Origin: an uncultured Collinsella sp.
Lineage (GTDB): Bacteria; Actinomycetota; Coriobacteriia; Coriobacteriales; Coriobacteriaceae
Direction: 5' to 3'
Length of the DNA: 64,000 bases
NCBI GenBank assembly: GCA_958429025.1
Contig: CAUAIH010000009.1
Location: 2,665-66,664 of the forward strand
Part shown: positions 1 to 10,144 of the stretch, piece by piece
Layout: every line of letters starts with the position of its first letter
How positions within the stretch are numbered: position 1 is the first letter of the stretch
Position numbers and translations under genes: made by a program
The notes under the pieces: model-generated
Databases searched by the model: none
The model's input: only the letters and a program-made list of their open reading frames with translations
Told to the model about the DNA's origin: nothing

Positions 1-174
1 CTGGTCTTCGATGGAAGCTCTACCATATAGATAATCTGCTCCCGTTGGAACGGATAGAAATACCGGGATGCAGAATACGAGCGCGAGCAGCGCCGTCAGC
101 AACATAATTCCCCGGTTGCGCGCAAGAACTTCTAAATTAAGCCGTACATATGTGAGGCAATCACAGGTCTTCAC
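1..174 (-). CDS. Partial membrane protein (N-terminus only; possibly an ABC permease), runs off the window start
   Basis: Manual translation from GTG at 174, with GGAGG upstream: MKTCDCLTYVRLNLEVLARNRGIMLLTALLALVFCIPVFLSVPTG... Open to position 1, with one hydrophobic helix. Not in the ORF track. Confidence 0.5.
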   Translation of the reverse strand, partial: MKTCDCLTYVRLNLEVLARNRGIMLLTALLALVFCIPVFLSVPTGADYLYGRASIEDQ

Positions 175-298
175 AGCAAGCACCTCCGGTTCGCAACACA
201 CGAGTCGTCGGACCCGTTGTCCGGAAGTATCGCCTTCATCGTCAGAACTGTCTGTAGACGTGTAGGATGGATTTACAATCTTATTTGTCTACAGGCTT

Positions 299-2056
299 CT
301 ACCTGCTATTTTCTATAACATCTGCCATAAGACTAAAAACCCTATCTCTAAGTTCACGCTCCGAGTGAACTCCAAGCAAGGCATAGCTCTTGCTCTTGGC
401 CTCTTTGACGGTTCCCCGAGCAACGTTAAGATGCGCGCAAATCTCGGTGGTTCTATTGCCATCAAAAACGCATGTCATGATATCGGCATACAGCGGCGTG
501 AAACCAAGCCTCAAGAAGGCCTCACGCACGGTATCGCGTCGATCACCCACCCGAACCGTATCTTTCGAACGCAAGAATAGCAGCGAATTAGCCATAAGGA
601 TAAGTACGACAAGGAACGCAGTCACGCGTAAGGCAGGCATAAGGCCGCCAACGGCCTCACCGCTCCCAACGGACTCAAAGAAAATGTACAGTCGACTTAC
701 CACATCGTGAACCCAGAACGCTGCTCCAGCACCCACAGACACCGAAGAAAGGGTGAGTTCAGGCGAAAGGCACAAGTGCATTTCAGACATCCACCGTATA
801 GCCGCACGGCAACACAGGGCCACAAGCACTATAGCTATCGATAGGATTATCGCATCATGCTCAAAGCCGAAGCATACGAGGATTTCCTCGATGCCCATTC
901 CAGACGCATACATAAACAGGAAGCAGACGAAGACTATCCTGCAGTTCTGATTGAACGATGAGGACCCCAGCGATTCTGAACGGTGATCATGGCCTTTTGT
1001 TGCGTCAAGATGCCACGCATCCTTTGACAAGAGAAGTCCAGCCGTCGCCTCTGAAATGCTTTTATATCCGGTTTTAGTCAAGGCCCGCGACAAATAGGTA
1101 CGAGCAGTAGACGGGGAAATGTCCAAGGCAGAAGCAATCTCCTCGTACGTTTTTCCCTCTATCCTCATAGAGAAAACCGCGGACTCCCTTTGAGAAAAAC
1201 CCGAAGCCGTAGGGATATCGGCAACTGCAGAGTGTTTTCCTCCTAATTTGGCGGCCGCAGAAAAAGCGCTCGTTAAGTCAGGGAAAAATCGCGTTATGGC
1301 CCTGGCAAGGATACTGCCCAAAACGGTAACCAGAAGCAATACGATCTCTTGATGCCCACCAAAGCTCAGGAGCACAGCTCCGATGTTTATATTGCGCGAA
1401 AACAAACAATCCGTATCGAGAATAACGGCGGCATTACCAAACGCAAGAGGTTCGACGAGCAAGGCAGCAACCCCCATCTCGGCGTTAACGGAAAGGAAAG
1501 AACCGATGGAGTCCATCAACGGGACGAGAAGAAACTGAAGGCCAACAAGCAAAGCAATCAAGAGCACAACGGGGCTGTAAAGTGCGAGCTCAGGATACCC
1601 GTGGAGAGCAGAGCCATCGGCCACATGTTTCCCCTTTAATCCCGCACGTATGTTTGCGAATTCACCGCCAAGCGCCCAAGAACAGCAAGCGACAAGCAAG
1701 GGGGCTAGTAACAACAAAATGAACGCGAACGCCGAAACCACAACATGAAATTGATGAAAGACATTAAGAGATATCGTGTACATCACAAGAAGTGCAATGT
1801 CTACGAGCATAAGTCCAAAAAGCCTTTTGGAAATACCCTGTCTCACAGGGCGAGAGATGAGGCCCACACAGAAGCCCGAAAGCAGATGCAGACCGATAAG
1901 AACGGTGCCAGAAAGGCCCGTATAAATACTTGGCGCCACACAATACAGACCAGCCGCCCCTATAAACAACATAATTGAATGCCAGAGGAACGAGCGCGTC
2001 ACGCTTTGCAGGGTAGCTGCCTCGGTTGCCATAAAATCAAAGCTCCTAGATAGCAT
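299..2056 (-). CDS. Membrane-embedded LuxR-family transcriptional regulator with two HTH domains
   Basis: Many hydrophobic segments. LuxR-like HTH 'SQRESAVFSMRIEGKTYEEIASALDISPSTARTYLSRA' mid-protein and a second 'TPLYADIMTCVFDGNRTTEICAHLNVARGTVKEAKSKSYALLGV' at the C-terminus. Confidence 0.8.
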   Translation of the reverse strand: MLSRSFDFMATEAATLQSVTRSFLWHSIMLFIGAAGLYCVAPSIYTGLSGTVLIGLHLLSGFCVGLISRPVRQGISKRLFGLMLVDIALLVMYTISLNVFHQFHVVVSAFAFILLLLAPLLVACCSWALGGEFANIRAGLKGKHVADGSALHGYPELALYSPVVLLIALLVGLQFLLVPLMDSIGSFLSVNAEMGVAALLVEPLAFGNAAVILDTDCLFSRNINIGAVLLSFGGHQEIVLLLVTVLGSILARAITRFFPDLTSAFSAAAKLGGKHSAVADIPTASGFSQRESAVFSMRIEGKTYEEIASALDISPSTARTYLSRALTKTGYKSISEATAGLLLSKDAWHLDATKGHDHRSESLGSSSFNQNCRIVFVCFLFMYASGMGIEEILVCFGFEHDAIILSIAIVLVALCCRAAIRWMSEMHLCLSPELTLSSVSVGAGAAFWVHDVVSRLYIFFESVGSGEAVGGLMPALRVTAFLVVLILMANSLLFLRSKDTVRVGDRRDTVREAFLRLGFTPLYADIMTCVFDGNRTTEICAHLNVARGTVKEAKSKSYALLGVHSERELRDRVFSLMADVIENSR

Positions 2057-2272
2057 TTTGGTTATTTTAACATCGTTCCCGGCGTTAAAAAAAACTGTTA
2101 CCCGAATTAATCAATATCCCCCCTCCACCAAAAGGCACCACGCTGATCCTCCACTTTTGGAAGCGATAACCTGCTAAAAAGGGACAGGTTTATTTTGGCA
2201 GGTTTTATCTGGGCAAACGCCAACCGCCGCAAGGGAGCTGCTTTCCCTCGCGGCGGTTTTCTAGCAGAAAAA

Positions 2273-2397
2273 ACCAAGTGAGTAGGCTTTTTGCAGGAGG
2301 CCAAGCACGCCCCAAAACGCCACAGCCCTGACCTGCTGTTTTATTGGGCGCCACCCGCGATGTGCTCGACAGATCCAAAAAAGTCTACTCACTTGGT
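2273..2397. repeat. Inverted-repeat element (20-bp arms) with central TGACCTGC motif
   Basis: ACCAAGTGAGTAGGCTTTTT (2273-2292) matches the reverse complement of 2378-2397 with one mismatch. Confidence 0.75.
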
Positions 2398-2496
2398 CTT
2401 GAGACTCATCAGTCAGGCAAAAAACGCCGCGAAGGGGGGCTGGACTCCCTTCGCAGCGGTTGTTCGCACTGGTTTTGCAACGGTTTTGCTCGCTTG

Positions 2497-4707
2497 TTAC
2501 TCGCTGTAGCGGGTGGCGATGGCAGCTTGTACCATGCCGGCGCTCATGAGGTAGGTCACCAGGAAGTAGCCACCGTATGCTGCCAGGAAGATTGCACAGG
2601 TGAGGCCCACGGTGCCGCCGATGCTCATATCTCCGAATATGCTCACTAGCTCGATAATCACCTTGAGCGCCACAAAGGAGTGCGCCAGGCCCACTGCCAG
2701 CGGGAACAGGAAGAATACCGCTTGCTGTGCCATCACCGAATGGCGAATCTGGCGGTCGTCACAGCCGATCTGTGCCAGCACACGATAGCTGCGGCTGCCG
2801 TCGGCCACATTGGAGAGCTGCTGGATCGACAGTATCGCCGCGCACGCAACGACCAGTACAAAGCCAATGTAGATGGCCAGATAGCTAATCATGCCGTTCA
2901 TTTGCGCTGCTTGCGTGTACATCTCGGAGCGTGTGATGAAGATTCCCCATGACCCCGGCTCCTTACCGTCAACGAGCAGATTGTCGAGCAAAGTGTATTT
3001 AATGCTCTCGTCTGCCTCGGTCGTATCCATCCCCTGTTTGTAATTAACGAGCAGGCTACTGGAATACGGCTGCAGATTAAGTTGGGACAACAGCTCGTCG
3101 GCAACGACGACGGTACCCGGATTACTGCCCATCGCCGAGTTGGCGATGGCCGCCGTGTCCTTGTCCGACTTATCGGTTGCGGGCTTGAGCTCATGCCCGC
3201 CCAAGGTAAGGGTATGGCCGCCGGCCATGTATTTGGTGTACAGGTCGCCCAGCTCACCGCCCATATCACACGTAAGCAGGTACTGGTCGCGGCCAATGCT
3301 CACCGGCTCCTCGCCCATCATCTGGCGCAGTTTGTTGTACTGGCTTGCCGGCGTCACAAACAGACCCATCGTATCGGCATTGCTACCCCCGAGCGCCTTG
3401 GGAAGCCTTTTGCCCATGGTCTTGCACATCTCACCCGCAGACACCGAAGGGTTCGAACCGCCAAACGGGTAACTCAGATACGAATCGATCTGCACATGCT
3501 CACCGGCAACATCGGCGATATTGACCTTCTTGCCGGTCTCGTCGTTGTTGCCCGCCGACTTGCCCTTGCCGTGCCATGCAGGGTACAAATCGACCGTTGT
3601 ATCGGCCAGCACCATGCGATCGGCCTCAGACGGATTGACATACCCCTTGTACCCTTTGTAGTAGTCGAGCGTATCGGGCGTGTAATAGACATACGTCTGA
3701 GACACATCAACAGGGTTATAGCGCTCCAGGTTTTCGTTCATCACGTTGGCAATTGACATACCGCACGTCACCGAGGTGATGGCCAAAAACAGGAGCATCG
3801 CGATGACGCCCATCGAAAAGCACACCGTGTTGACCTTGGCCGCAAGCTGGCGCACGGTAAACATGTTGAGGCCGCGCCAATACACGCCGCGCAGGCTCTG
3901 CAGCAGCTTGATGAGCATGCCCGAGAGTCCCCAGAACAGGGCAAAGGTGCCCACGGTAACCATAGCGGTCGTAATACCAAACTGGTTCATGGCCTCTTGC
4001 AGCTTGCTGTCCGTCGCGGTTAGCGGGAACCCATCACGTAGCAGACGGTAATAGGCCACGCCCACAAGCACCGCGCCCACGGCAAAGATGGCAATCGCGA
4101 TCCAGGGGTTGCGTGTCTTGATGCTCTCGTTGCGACGCTCGGCACCCATAAGCTCGATGAGTTTGGTACGACGCACGGCGCGAAGGTTCAGCAGTAGCGT
4201 GAGCACAAACATTACGAGCATGCAGGCAAGGGTCAGATTGAACGCATGCACCGAGAAAAAGAAGTGGAAATTGGCGATCTGTGTCTTAAAAAGCGAGGCC
4301 GTAAAGAACGTCATGAGCTGGGAGAGTCCCACACCCAGCACAATGCCGGCGACAAAGGCCACGACCGACACTATCACGGTCTCGAGCGCCATGATCGTGG
4401 CGACGCGCCCACGCCCCATGCCGAGCACCTGGTACAGGCCAAACTCCTTCTTGCGGCGTTTCATGATGAAGTTATTGGCATACACCATCAAAAAGGCCAT
4501 GACACCGGCCAAAAAGTACGTCAGGTTGCCGAGCATGCTGCCCATAACCTGCGCCAAGCCCTTTTCATCGATGCCGGCGATGTCGACCTGCATCGAGATG
4601 GTGTTAAAGGCATAGAAGACCGTGACGCCCAGGGTGAGCGTCAAAAGGTAGACGAGGTAGTCGCGGCCGGCGCGGCGGACGTTGCCCCAAGCGAGTTTAC
4701 AGAGCAT
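2497..4707 (-). CDS. ABC transporter permease, FtsX/BceB-like
   Basis: N-terminal 'KLAWGNVRR...YLVYLLTL', 'RRKKEFGLYQVLGM', a large extracellular loop and C-terminal TM helices. Start taken at ATG 4707, overlapping the ATPase stop. Confidence 0.9.
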   Translation of the reverse strand: MLCKLAWGNVRRAGRDYLVYLLTLTLGVTVFYAFNTISMQVDIAGIDEKGLAQVMGSMLGNLTYFLAGVMAFLMVYANNFIMKRRKKEFGLYQVLGMGRGRVATIMALETVIVSVVAFVAGIVLGVGLSQLMTFFTASLFKTQIANFHFFFSVHAFNLTLACMLVMFVLTLLLNLRAVRRTKLIELMGAERRNESIKTRNPWIAIAIFAVGAVLVGVAYYRLLRDGFPLTATDSKLQEAMNQFGITTAMVTVGTFALFWGLSGMLIKLLQSLRGVYWRGLNMFTVRQLAAKVNTVCFSMGVIAMLLFLAITSVTCGMSIANVMNENLERYNPVDVSQTYVYYTPDTLDYYKGYKGYVNPSEADRMVLADTTVDLYPAWHGKGKSAGNNDETGKKVNIADVAGEHVQIDSYLSYPFGGSNPSVSAGEMCKTMGKRLPKALGGSNADTMGLFVTPASQYNKLRQMMGEEPVSIGRDQYLLTCDMGGELGDLYTKYMAGGHTLTLGGHELKPATDKSDKDTAAIANSAMGSNPGTVVVADELLSQLNLQPYSSSLLVNYKQGMDTTEADESIKYTLLDNLLVDGKEPGSWGIFITRSEMYTQAAQMNGMISYLAIYIGFVLVVACAAILSIQQLSNVADGSRSYRVLAQIGCDDRQIRHSVMAQQAVFFLFPLAVGLAHSFVALKVIIELVSIFGDMSIGGTVGLTCAIFLAAYGGYFLVTYLMSAGMVQAAIATRYSE

Positions 4708-5482
4708 CGGAGCCCTCACCGCCCATCATGGCAACGACCTCCATAATGCGGTCGAAGAACTCTCGGCGGTCGGTGTCGCCGCGGCGCAGCTCGGTGAAGA
4801 TCTTGCCGTCGCGGATAAACAGCACGCGGCTCGTGTAGCTGGCAGCAAAGCTGTCATGCGTGACCATGAGCACGGTGGCGCGCAGGCGGCGATTGAGGGA
4901 CTCCAGGCTCTCGAGCAGCAGGCGGGCGCTCTTGGAATCGAGGGCGCCGGTGGGCTCGTCGGCCATGATCATGGTGGGGTCGGTGACGAGCGCGCGAGCC
5001 GCGGCAACGCGCTGCTGCTGACCGCCGGACATCTGGTAGGGATACTTGTCGAGCACCTGGCTGATGGACAGGCGCGCTGCCACATCCTGCACGCGGGTCG
5101 AGATCTCTGCCGAGTTTGTGCGGGCGATGGTGAGCGGCAGGGCGATGTTCTCGCGTGCCGTGAGCGTATCGAGCAGGTTGGAGTCCTGGAAGATAAAGCC
5201 GAGCTCCTCGCGGCGGAACTGCGAAAGCTTGGCCTGCTTCATACGCGTCACGTCCTGACCGTTAATGCGGATCGTGCCGCTCGTGGCGCTATCGATGGTC
5301 GAGACGCAGTTGAGCAACGTCGACTTGCCCGAGCCCGAAGCGCCCATGATGCCCACGAATTCCCCGCGGTTGACGGTAAAGCTGACGTCGTTGAGCGCGC
5401 GGGTCACGTTGCCCAGCGCCCCATATACCTTTTCGAGATGCGCGACCTCCAGTACCGGGGTCGCCATGTGCGTGGTTTGCAT
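4697..5482 (-). CDS. ABC transporter ATP-binding protein, BceA/LolD-like
   Basis: Walker A GASGSGKS, signature MSGGQQQR, ADEPTGALD, VTHD. Confidence 0.95.
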   Translation of the reverse strand: MQTTHMATPVLEVAHLEKVYGALGNVTRALNDVSFTVNRGEFVGIMGASGSGKSTLLNCVSTIDSATSGTIRINGQDVTRMKQAKLSQFRREELGFIFQDSNLLDTLTARENIALPLTIARTNSAEISTRVQDVAARLSISQVLDKYPYQMSGGQQQRVAAARALVTDPTMIMADEPTGALDSKSARLLLESLESLNRRLRATVLMVTHDSFAASYTSRVLFIRDGKIFTELRRGDTDRREFFDRIMEVVAMMGGEGSDAL

Positions 5483-5555
5483 ACCGAGTCCTTTCTTGCG
5501 ATTAGTCTACGGCATCTATAGTCGCAAGAAGACGAGTCGGCTACCATCGATATGG

Positions 5556-5582
5556 CTTACGCTTGCCTTACCGTTGTGTATG
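5556..5582. promoter_or_regulatory. Possible OmpR/BceR-type response regulator site upstream of the ABC operon
   Basis: CTTAC repeated at 11-bp spacing (5556, 5567) plus an imperfect inverted copy (GTATG 5578-5582). Confidence 0.3.
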
Positions 5583-5630
5583 GTACGGGTAGCCGCCCTG
5601 CCACGTGTTGATATTGAGAGAGGACTCCTG

Positions 5631-6620
5631 TTGAAGACTGTTCATGTTGCCGCTGGGATCATTCGCAAGGAAGGATCTGACGAGCTGCTTGCCGTGCAGC
5701 GCGGCTATGGCGACATGCAGGGACTTTGGGAGTTCCCCGGCGGCAAGCTCATGCGCGGCGAGACGCCCGAGGACGCCGTACGCCGCGAACTCATGGAAGA
5801 GCTGCGGGTAAAAGTCACCAACCTGCGCGATTTTTACACCGTTGAGTATGACTACCCCGATTTCCATCTCTCGATGGAGTGTTACTACTGCTCGCTCGCC
5901 GATGAATCCGATGAACCCCAGAAGCACGACCGCCAGCTCGATATCCGCTGGATTCCGCGCACCTCGCTTGCCACGGTTGAGTGGATGCCCGCCGACAAAG
6001 GGCTTATCGATGCTCTGATTGAGTTGAAGGAAGATCGGCTTGAGGCCAACGGCACTGCCAACGACGCCGAGGCCACCACGACCGACAAACCCGCCACCAA
6101 ATCCAAGCGCGCACCTAAGCGCCGCAGCAAGAAGCGTCCCAAACCCGGTCTGCTCGACGGCATCGATACCTCGGACCTTTCAGCCGACGAGCGCGAACTG
6201 GTGCGCCGCCGCGCCGCTATAAAAAAGTCCATGAAGGGCAACAAGCGCGCCAACACCAAGCCCGAGCTGCTCGTACGACAGCGCCTGCGGGCCGCGGGCC
6301 TTACGGGCTATCGTTTGGAATGGAAGGTACCCGGCAAGCCCGACATCGCCTTCCCCGGCCGCAAGATCGCCATCTTCGTCAACGGCTGCTTTTGGCACCG
6401 CTGCCCCAAGTGCAACCCAAGTCAGCCCAAGCGCAATGTTGAATTTTGGGAAGCAAAGTTTCGCCGCAACGTCGAACGCGACCGCGCTGCCATCAACGCA
6501 CTCACCCAAATGGGCTGGACACCCATAACCATCTGGGAATGTGAGCTCAAGAAAGACCGCATCGACGCCACGATGGAAAAGGTCATCGAGCAGGTGCGGG
6601 CTGCAGAGCCTCAGCGCTAG
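5631..6620 (+). CDS. vsr: NUDIX hydrolase (MutT-like) fused to Vsr very-short-patch repair endonuclease
   Basis: Nudix box 'WEFPGGKLMRGETPEDAVRRELMEEL'. Vsr motifs 'TKPE', 'GKPD', 'FVNGCFWH', 'FWEAKFRRNVERD', 'IWEC'. Single ORF; TTG start at 5631 after GAGAGGA. Confidence 0.85.
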   Translation: MKTVHVAAGIIRKEGSDELLAVQRGYGDMQGLWEFPGGKLMRGETPEDAVRRELMEELRVKVTNLRDFYTVEYDYPDFHLSMECYYCSLADESDEPQKHDRQLDIRWIPRTSLATVEWMPADKGLIDALIELKEDRLEANGTANDAEATTTDKPATKSKRAPKRRSKKRPKPGLLDGIDTSDLSADERELVRRRAAIKKSMKGNKRANTKPELLVRQRLRAAGLTGYRLEWKVPGKPDIAFPGRKIAIFVNGCFWHRCPKCNPSQPKRNVEFWEAKFRRNVERDRAAINALTQMGWTPITIWECELKKDRIDATMEKVIEQVRAAEPQR

Positions 6621-7109
6621 GAACGAACCGCCCACACGCCCCACACAGGCGAGCCACATTCGCGCCACAAACCTTAGAAAGCCCTTAAGCTCAAAACCTT
6701 TCAAGAGTGTTACTCGATAGCTTTGACCTGCGGTTTCATTGTTACATCAAACCTGATTAAGCCTTTCTTTAGCGCTTCTTTGCAACAGCCGCGGCATAAT
6801 ACTGCCAACGCACGGAACCTAGCAGCATACCCCGTGCGCAACCTTTTGGTGGACATCGAGGAGGCCGCATAAGCATGCATTCTTCCAATGACGCAGCACA
6901 GCAGCCATCCCTAAATCATGCAGACCTTTTCTCCTTCCCCCCGACACAGAGAAACGGCCTCCTCGACTCCCCCACCGCAAAAACCAAGCGCTCAGCCGAT
7001 CAGAGCCTCAACTTACGAGCATCCTTCGAAAAGCTCCAAGCATCCCTAGACAAGGCGTTCCCCGAACAGGCAAGAGCAATCTAAGCCCATCGCGCTTTAT
7101 ACTGATGCC

Positions 7110-8048
7110 ATGCGAAACATGGATCACATAGAATTGCACCGCGGAGGACGCGAGGAAGCGTTTCCCGAGACCGCCGAAGACTGGCCCTATATTGCCGAAT
7201 GCGCAGAATTCGCTCGCTATCCGGGCAATTCCGTCCCCTGGCACTGGCATTCCGAAGTTGAGCTTTTCTACATGGAGCAGGGAGCGATTGACTATCGAAC
7301 GCGCGCGGCTCATGAGCACGTACGCTTTGAGGAAGGGTCCGCCGGATTTATCAACAGCGGCGTTTTGCACAGCACGCTGCAATCACCCAATTCGGCGCCA
7401 GCTATTCAAATGCTGCATATCTTTCAGCCGTCGATGCTCGGCGATCCCACGGGACGTCTCCAAAAGCGCTATATCAATCCTTTGCTGCAATGTCGAGGCG
7501 TCGATGTGCTCAAATGGTCGCCCACCAACCCCGACGATATGCCCTTTATCGATTTGCTAAAGAGTTCCTTTAACCACGACCTTCAACGGCCGCAGAACGA
7601 GATGGCGCTTCGAAATAGTTTGTCAGAGCTCTGGATTCAGATTTACGCCAAGGCCGAACCGCTCTTTTCCTCCGACAACGCCTCTTGGATGACCAACCGC
7701 GACGTACAGTTCAAGGCAATCCTGGACTATATCCGCGCAAACTATGCAGCCGCTATAGATGTACCCCAGATGGCATCTGCAGCCGGCGTAAGCGAAAGAG
7801 AGTGTTACCGCATTATCGAAGCTTGCGCAGGAACGACCCCGGCGGCATATCTGCGCGCATACCGCGTAAACCGTGCTTGCGAACTTTTGGCACACACCAC
7901 GCGAACGGTCCAGACAGTCGCGCGCCAATGCGGCTTTGCGACAGCAAGCCATCTTGGCCAGGTATTTAAAGAACAAATGGGATGCACTCCTTCGAGCTAT
8001 CGAGGAGCGAGGCAGAATCTCGATAGTACTAGGCAGAAATCCCGCTAG
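7110..8048 (+). CDS. AraC-family transcriptional regulator (cupin + HTH)
   Basis: 'PWHWHSEVEL' cupin; C-terminal 'VARQCGFATASHLGQVFKEQMGCTPSSYR'. Confidence 0.92.
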   Translation: MRNMDHIELHRGGREEAFPETAEDWPYIAECAEFARYPGNSVPWHWHSEVELFYMEQGAIDYRTRAAHEHVRFEEGSAGFINSGVLHSTLQSPNSAPAIQMLHIFQPSMLGDPTGRLQKRYINPLLQCRGVDVLKWSPTNPDDMPFIDLLKSSFNHDLQRPQNEMALRNSLSELWIQIYAKAEPLFSSDNASWMTNRDVQFKAILDYIRANYAAAIDVPQMASAAGVSERECYRIIEACAGTTPAAYLRAYRVNRACELLAHTTRTVQTVARQCGFATASHLGQVFKEQMGCTPSSYRGARQNLDSTRQKSR

Positions 8049-8104
8049 CCCTTCTTCTGTCACTGCATCAAACTTGCAGGCAGACAACGGATAGGAGCTA
8101 CTAT

Positions 8105-8728
8105 ATGAAATACTTTGACTATATCGTGTTTGACGTTGATGGGACATTGGCAGATACAGAAGAAAGCGTGCTGTCATCGCTTAGCCAGATTGTCCAAGAA
8201 GAAACCGGCAAAACGCTCCCCCGACACGAGCTTGAATTTGCCCTCGGCATACCCGGCAAGAACGCCCTTGAGAAACTTGGGATCTACTCACAGGCAACGC
8301 TGGATCGCTGGCGCCAAGTTGCCGCCAGCTTTAAAAGCACCATCAGCGTGTTTCCAGGTTTGCTTGAAGTCATCGCAACACTCGCCGATAGCGGCTGCAA
8401 ACTTGGCATCGTCTCCTCACGTGCGCGCGACGAATACGCAGAAGAAATTGCACCCCTTGGCTTCGATAAGTTTTTTGAGCACATCATCCTTGTCGAAGAC
8501 ACAACCGAACATAAACCCGCACCCGCTCCCATGCTCGAATATCTCCGGCGTACGGGCGCGAATCCTGGCAACGTCGTCTACGTTGGCGACACCGTCTACG
8601 ACGAACAATGCGCAACTTCGGCAGGGGTCAGTTTTGCCAGAGCGGCATGGGGATCACACCAAGACATCCCAAACGCCACCTACAACCTCGAAACCCCCAA
8701 CGACCTGTTAACCCTAACAACCAAATAA
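8105..8728 (+). CDS. HAD-family hydrolase (phosphoglycolate phosphatase-like)
   Basis: 'FDVDGTLADT', 'HKPAP', 'YVGDTVYD'. Confidence 0.92.
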   Translation: MKYFDYIVFDVDGTLADTEESVLSSLSQIVQEETGKTLPRHELEFALGIPGKNALEKLGIYSQATLDRWRQVAASFKSTISVFPGLLEVIATLADSGCKLGIVSSRARDEYAEEIAPLGFDKFFEHIILVEDTTEHKPAPAPMLEYLRRTGANPGNVVYVGDTVYDEQCATSAGVSFARAAWGSHQDIPNATYNLETPNDLLTLTTK

Positions 8729-8777
8729 CCCACGCGTCCCACCCTTTCAGCCCCAACGCCACAAGGGCGATTGAGCA

Positions 8778-8928
8778 GGACGGTTTGGGCGGGTCCCGTA
8801 CTTAGTTTCCAAAATCATTCCGCAGCGCGAAGGCCCCCGTTGTCAACGCTTCGAAGAAGCGAGACAACGGGGGCCTTCATGCGCGAGGACGTTTTGGAAA
8901 CTAAGTACGGGACCCGCCCAAACCGTCC
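8778..8928. repeat. 151-bp nested palindrome (MITE/REPIN-like) between convergent genes
   Basis: Perfect 37-bp inverted repeats 8778-8814 / 8892-8928 enclosing a 16-bp inverted repeat (GAAGGCCCCCGTTGTC / GACAACGGGGGCCTTC). Confidence 0.85.
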
Positions 8929-8952
8929 GGTGGAATCAGAGTACCCTTGTTG

Positions 8953-9810
8953 TTACTCTGCTTTGCCCACAGAGTTAAGGTTGGTCATGCGGATCTTAAC
9001 CAGCTCGGTGATCTCACGCATGCCCTCCTTGGCCGGCTTCTTGGGATCGAAGCAGGCGGGGTTCTCGGCCATGTAGGCCATGAAGCCCTTGGTGTAGGCC
9101 TGACGCAGCTCGGTGGCGTAGTTAACCTTGCAGATGCCGTTCTTCACAGCCTCGGCAACCTGCTCATCGGGCACACCGGAGGTGCCGTGCAGGACCAGCG
9201 GCACGTCGACGGCGTCGCGGATGGCCTTGACCACGGACTGCTCGATGTGCGGATCGCTCGTGTACACACCGTGGCTGGTGCCAACGCCAATTGCGAGGGA
9301 GGTGCAGCCGGTACGCTCGACGAACTCCTTGGCCTCGGCCGGATCGGTGTAGGGGCTCTCGCCCTCAACCGCGGGACCGTCGTCCTCCTTGCCGCCAACC
9401 TTACCGAGCTCAGCCTCGACGGGCACGCCCATGGCGCGGCCAGCGTCGGCGACGGACTTGGTCAGAGCGATGTTGTCCTCGAAAGACTCGTGCGAACCGT
9501 CAATCATGACAGAGGTGTAGCCAGTGCGGAAAGCCTGCATGCAGCGGTCGTAGCCATCGCCGTGATCGAGGTGCAGAGCGACGGGCACGGAAGCGCGCTC
9601 GGCGGCAGCCTTGACCATGCCGTAGAAGTAGTCCAGACCAGCGGTCTTGATAGTGCCCGGGGTGGTCTGCATGATGACGGGGGACTTGGTCTCCTCGGCA
9701 GCAGCCAGAACGGCCATAACAAACTCGAGGTTCTCAACGTTGAACGCGCCGACGGCGTAGTGGCCGGCCTGAGCGTCCTTGAGCATCTTTTCGGTGGTAA
9801 CAAGTGCCAT
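8953..9810 (-). CDS. Class II fructose/tagatose-1,6-bisphosphate aldolase
   Basis: 'YAVGAFNVEN', 'VALHLDHG', 'SVMIDGS', 'VEAELGKVGG', 'PLVLHGTSG', 'KVNYATEL'. Start MALVTT at 9810 after GGAGAGGAG. Confidence 0.92.
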   Translation of the reverse strand: MALVTTEKMLKDAQAGHYAVGAFNVENLEFVMAVLAAAEETKSPVIMQTTPGTIKTAGLDYFYGMVKAAAERASVPVALHLDHGDGYDRCMQAFRTGYTSVMIDGSHESFEDNIALTKSVADAGRAMGVPVEAELGKVGGKEDDGPAVEGESPYTDPAEAKEFVERTGCTSLAIGVGTSHGVYTSDPHIEQSVVKAIRDAVDVPLVLHGTSGVPDEQVAEAVKNGICKVNYATELRQAYTKGFMAYMAENPACFDPKKPAKEGMREITELVKIRMTNLNSVGKAE

Positions 9811-10144
9811 GAGCGTTTGCTCCTCTCCCTCGCCCGCATCTGGACATCGGGCGTAGTTGTTCACAAGGCGTTTTACCTTGCGTTTTACTGCGCTCATTGT
9901 ATGAAATTCAGCGTCTTTGCACGTGCGAGATATTGAGCCCATGCAGGTCAATACCGTCGTTTTTGAAAAGTAAACGGAAGGAATTGGAGCCGAGTGGGCG
10001 TGTTCGATATTGAATTTTGGGCGTTGAGCGTCTTTCTTTTATAGAAAAGATAAGTAATCGAAAGGTGTTTTCTTACTCAAAAAGAAAATGAACGAAAATA
10101 GAGTCAACACAATTCCTGCAAATTTAGCCAAGAATGGAGCAGCT

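Noticed and set aside
3641..3660. Short in-frame tandem duplication (YKGYKG) in the ABC permease loop
   Set aside because: Only 9 bp, frame-preserving and imperfect; no evidence for phase variation.
6875..7084. 69-aa ORF upstream of the AraC gene
   Set aside because: A GAGGAGG lies upstream but with long spacing, and there is no recognisable domain; cannot be supported.
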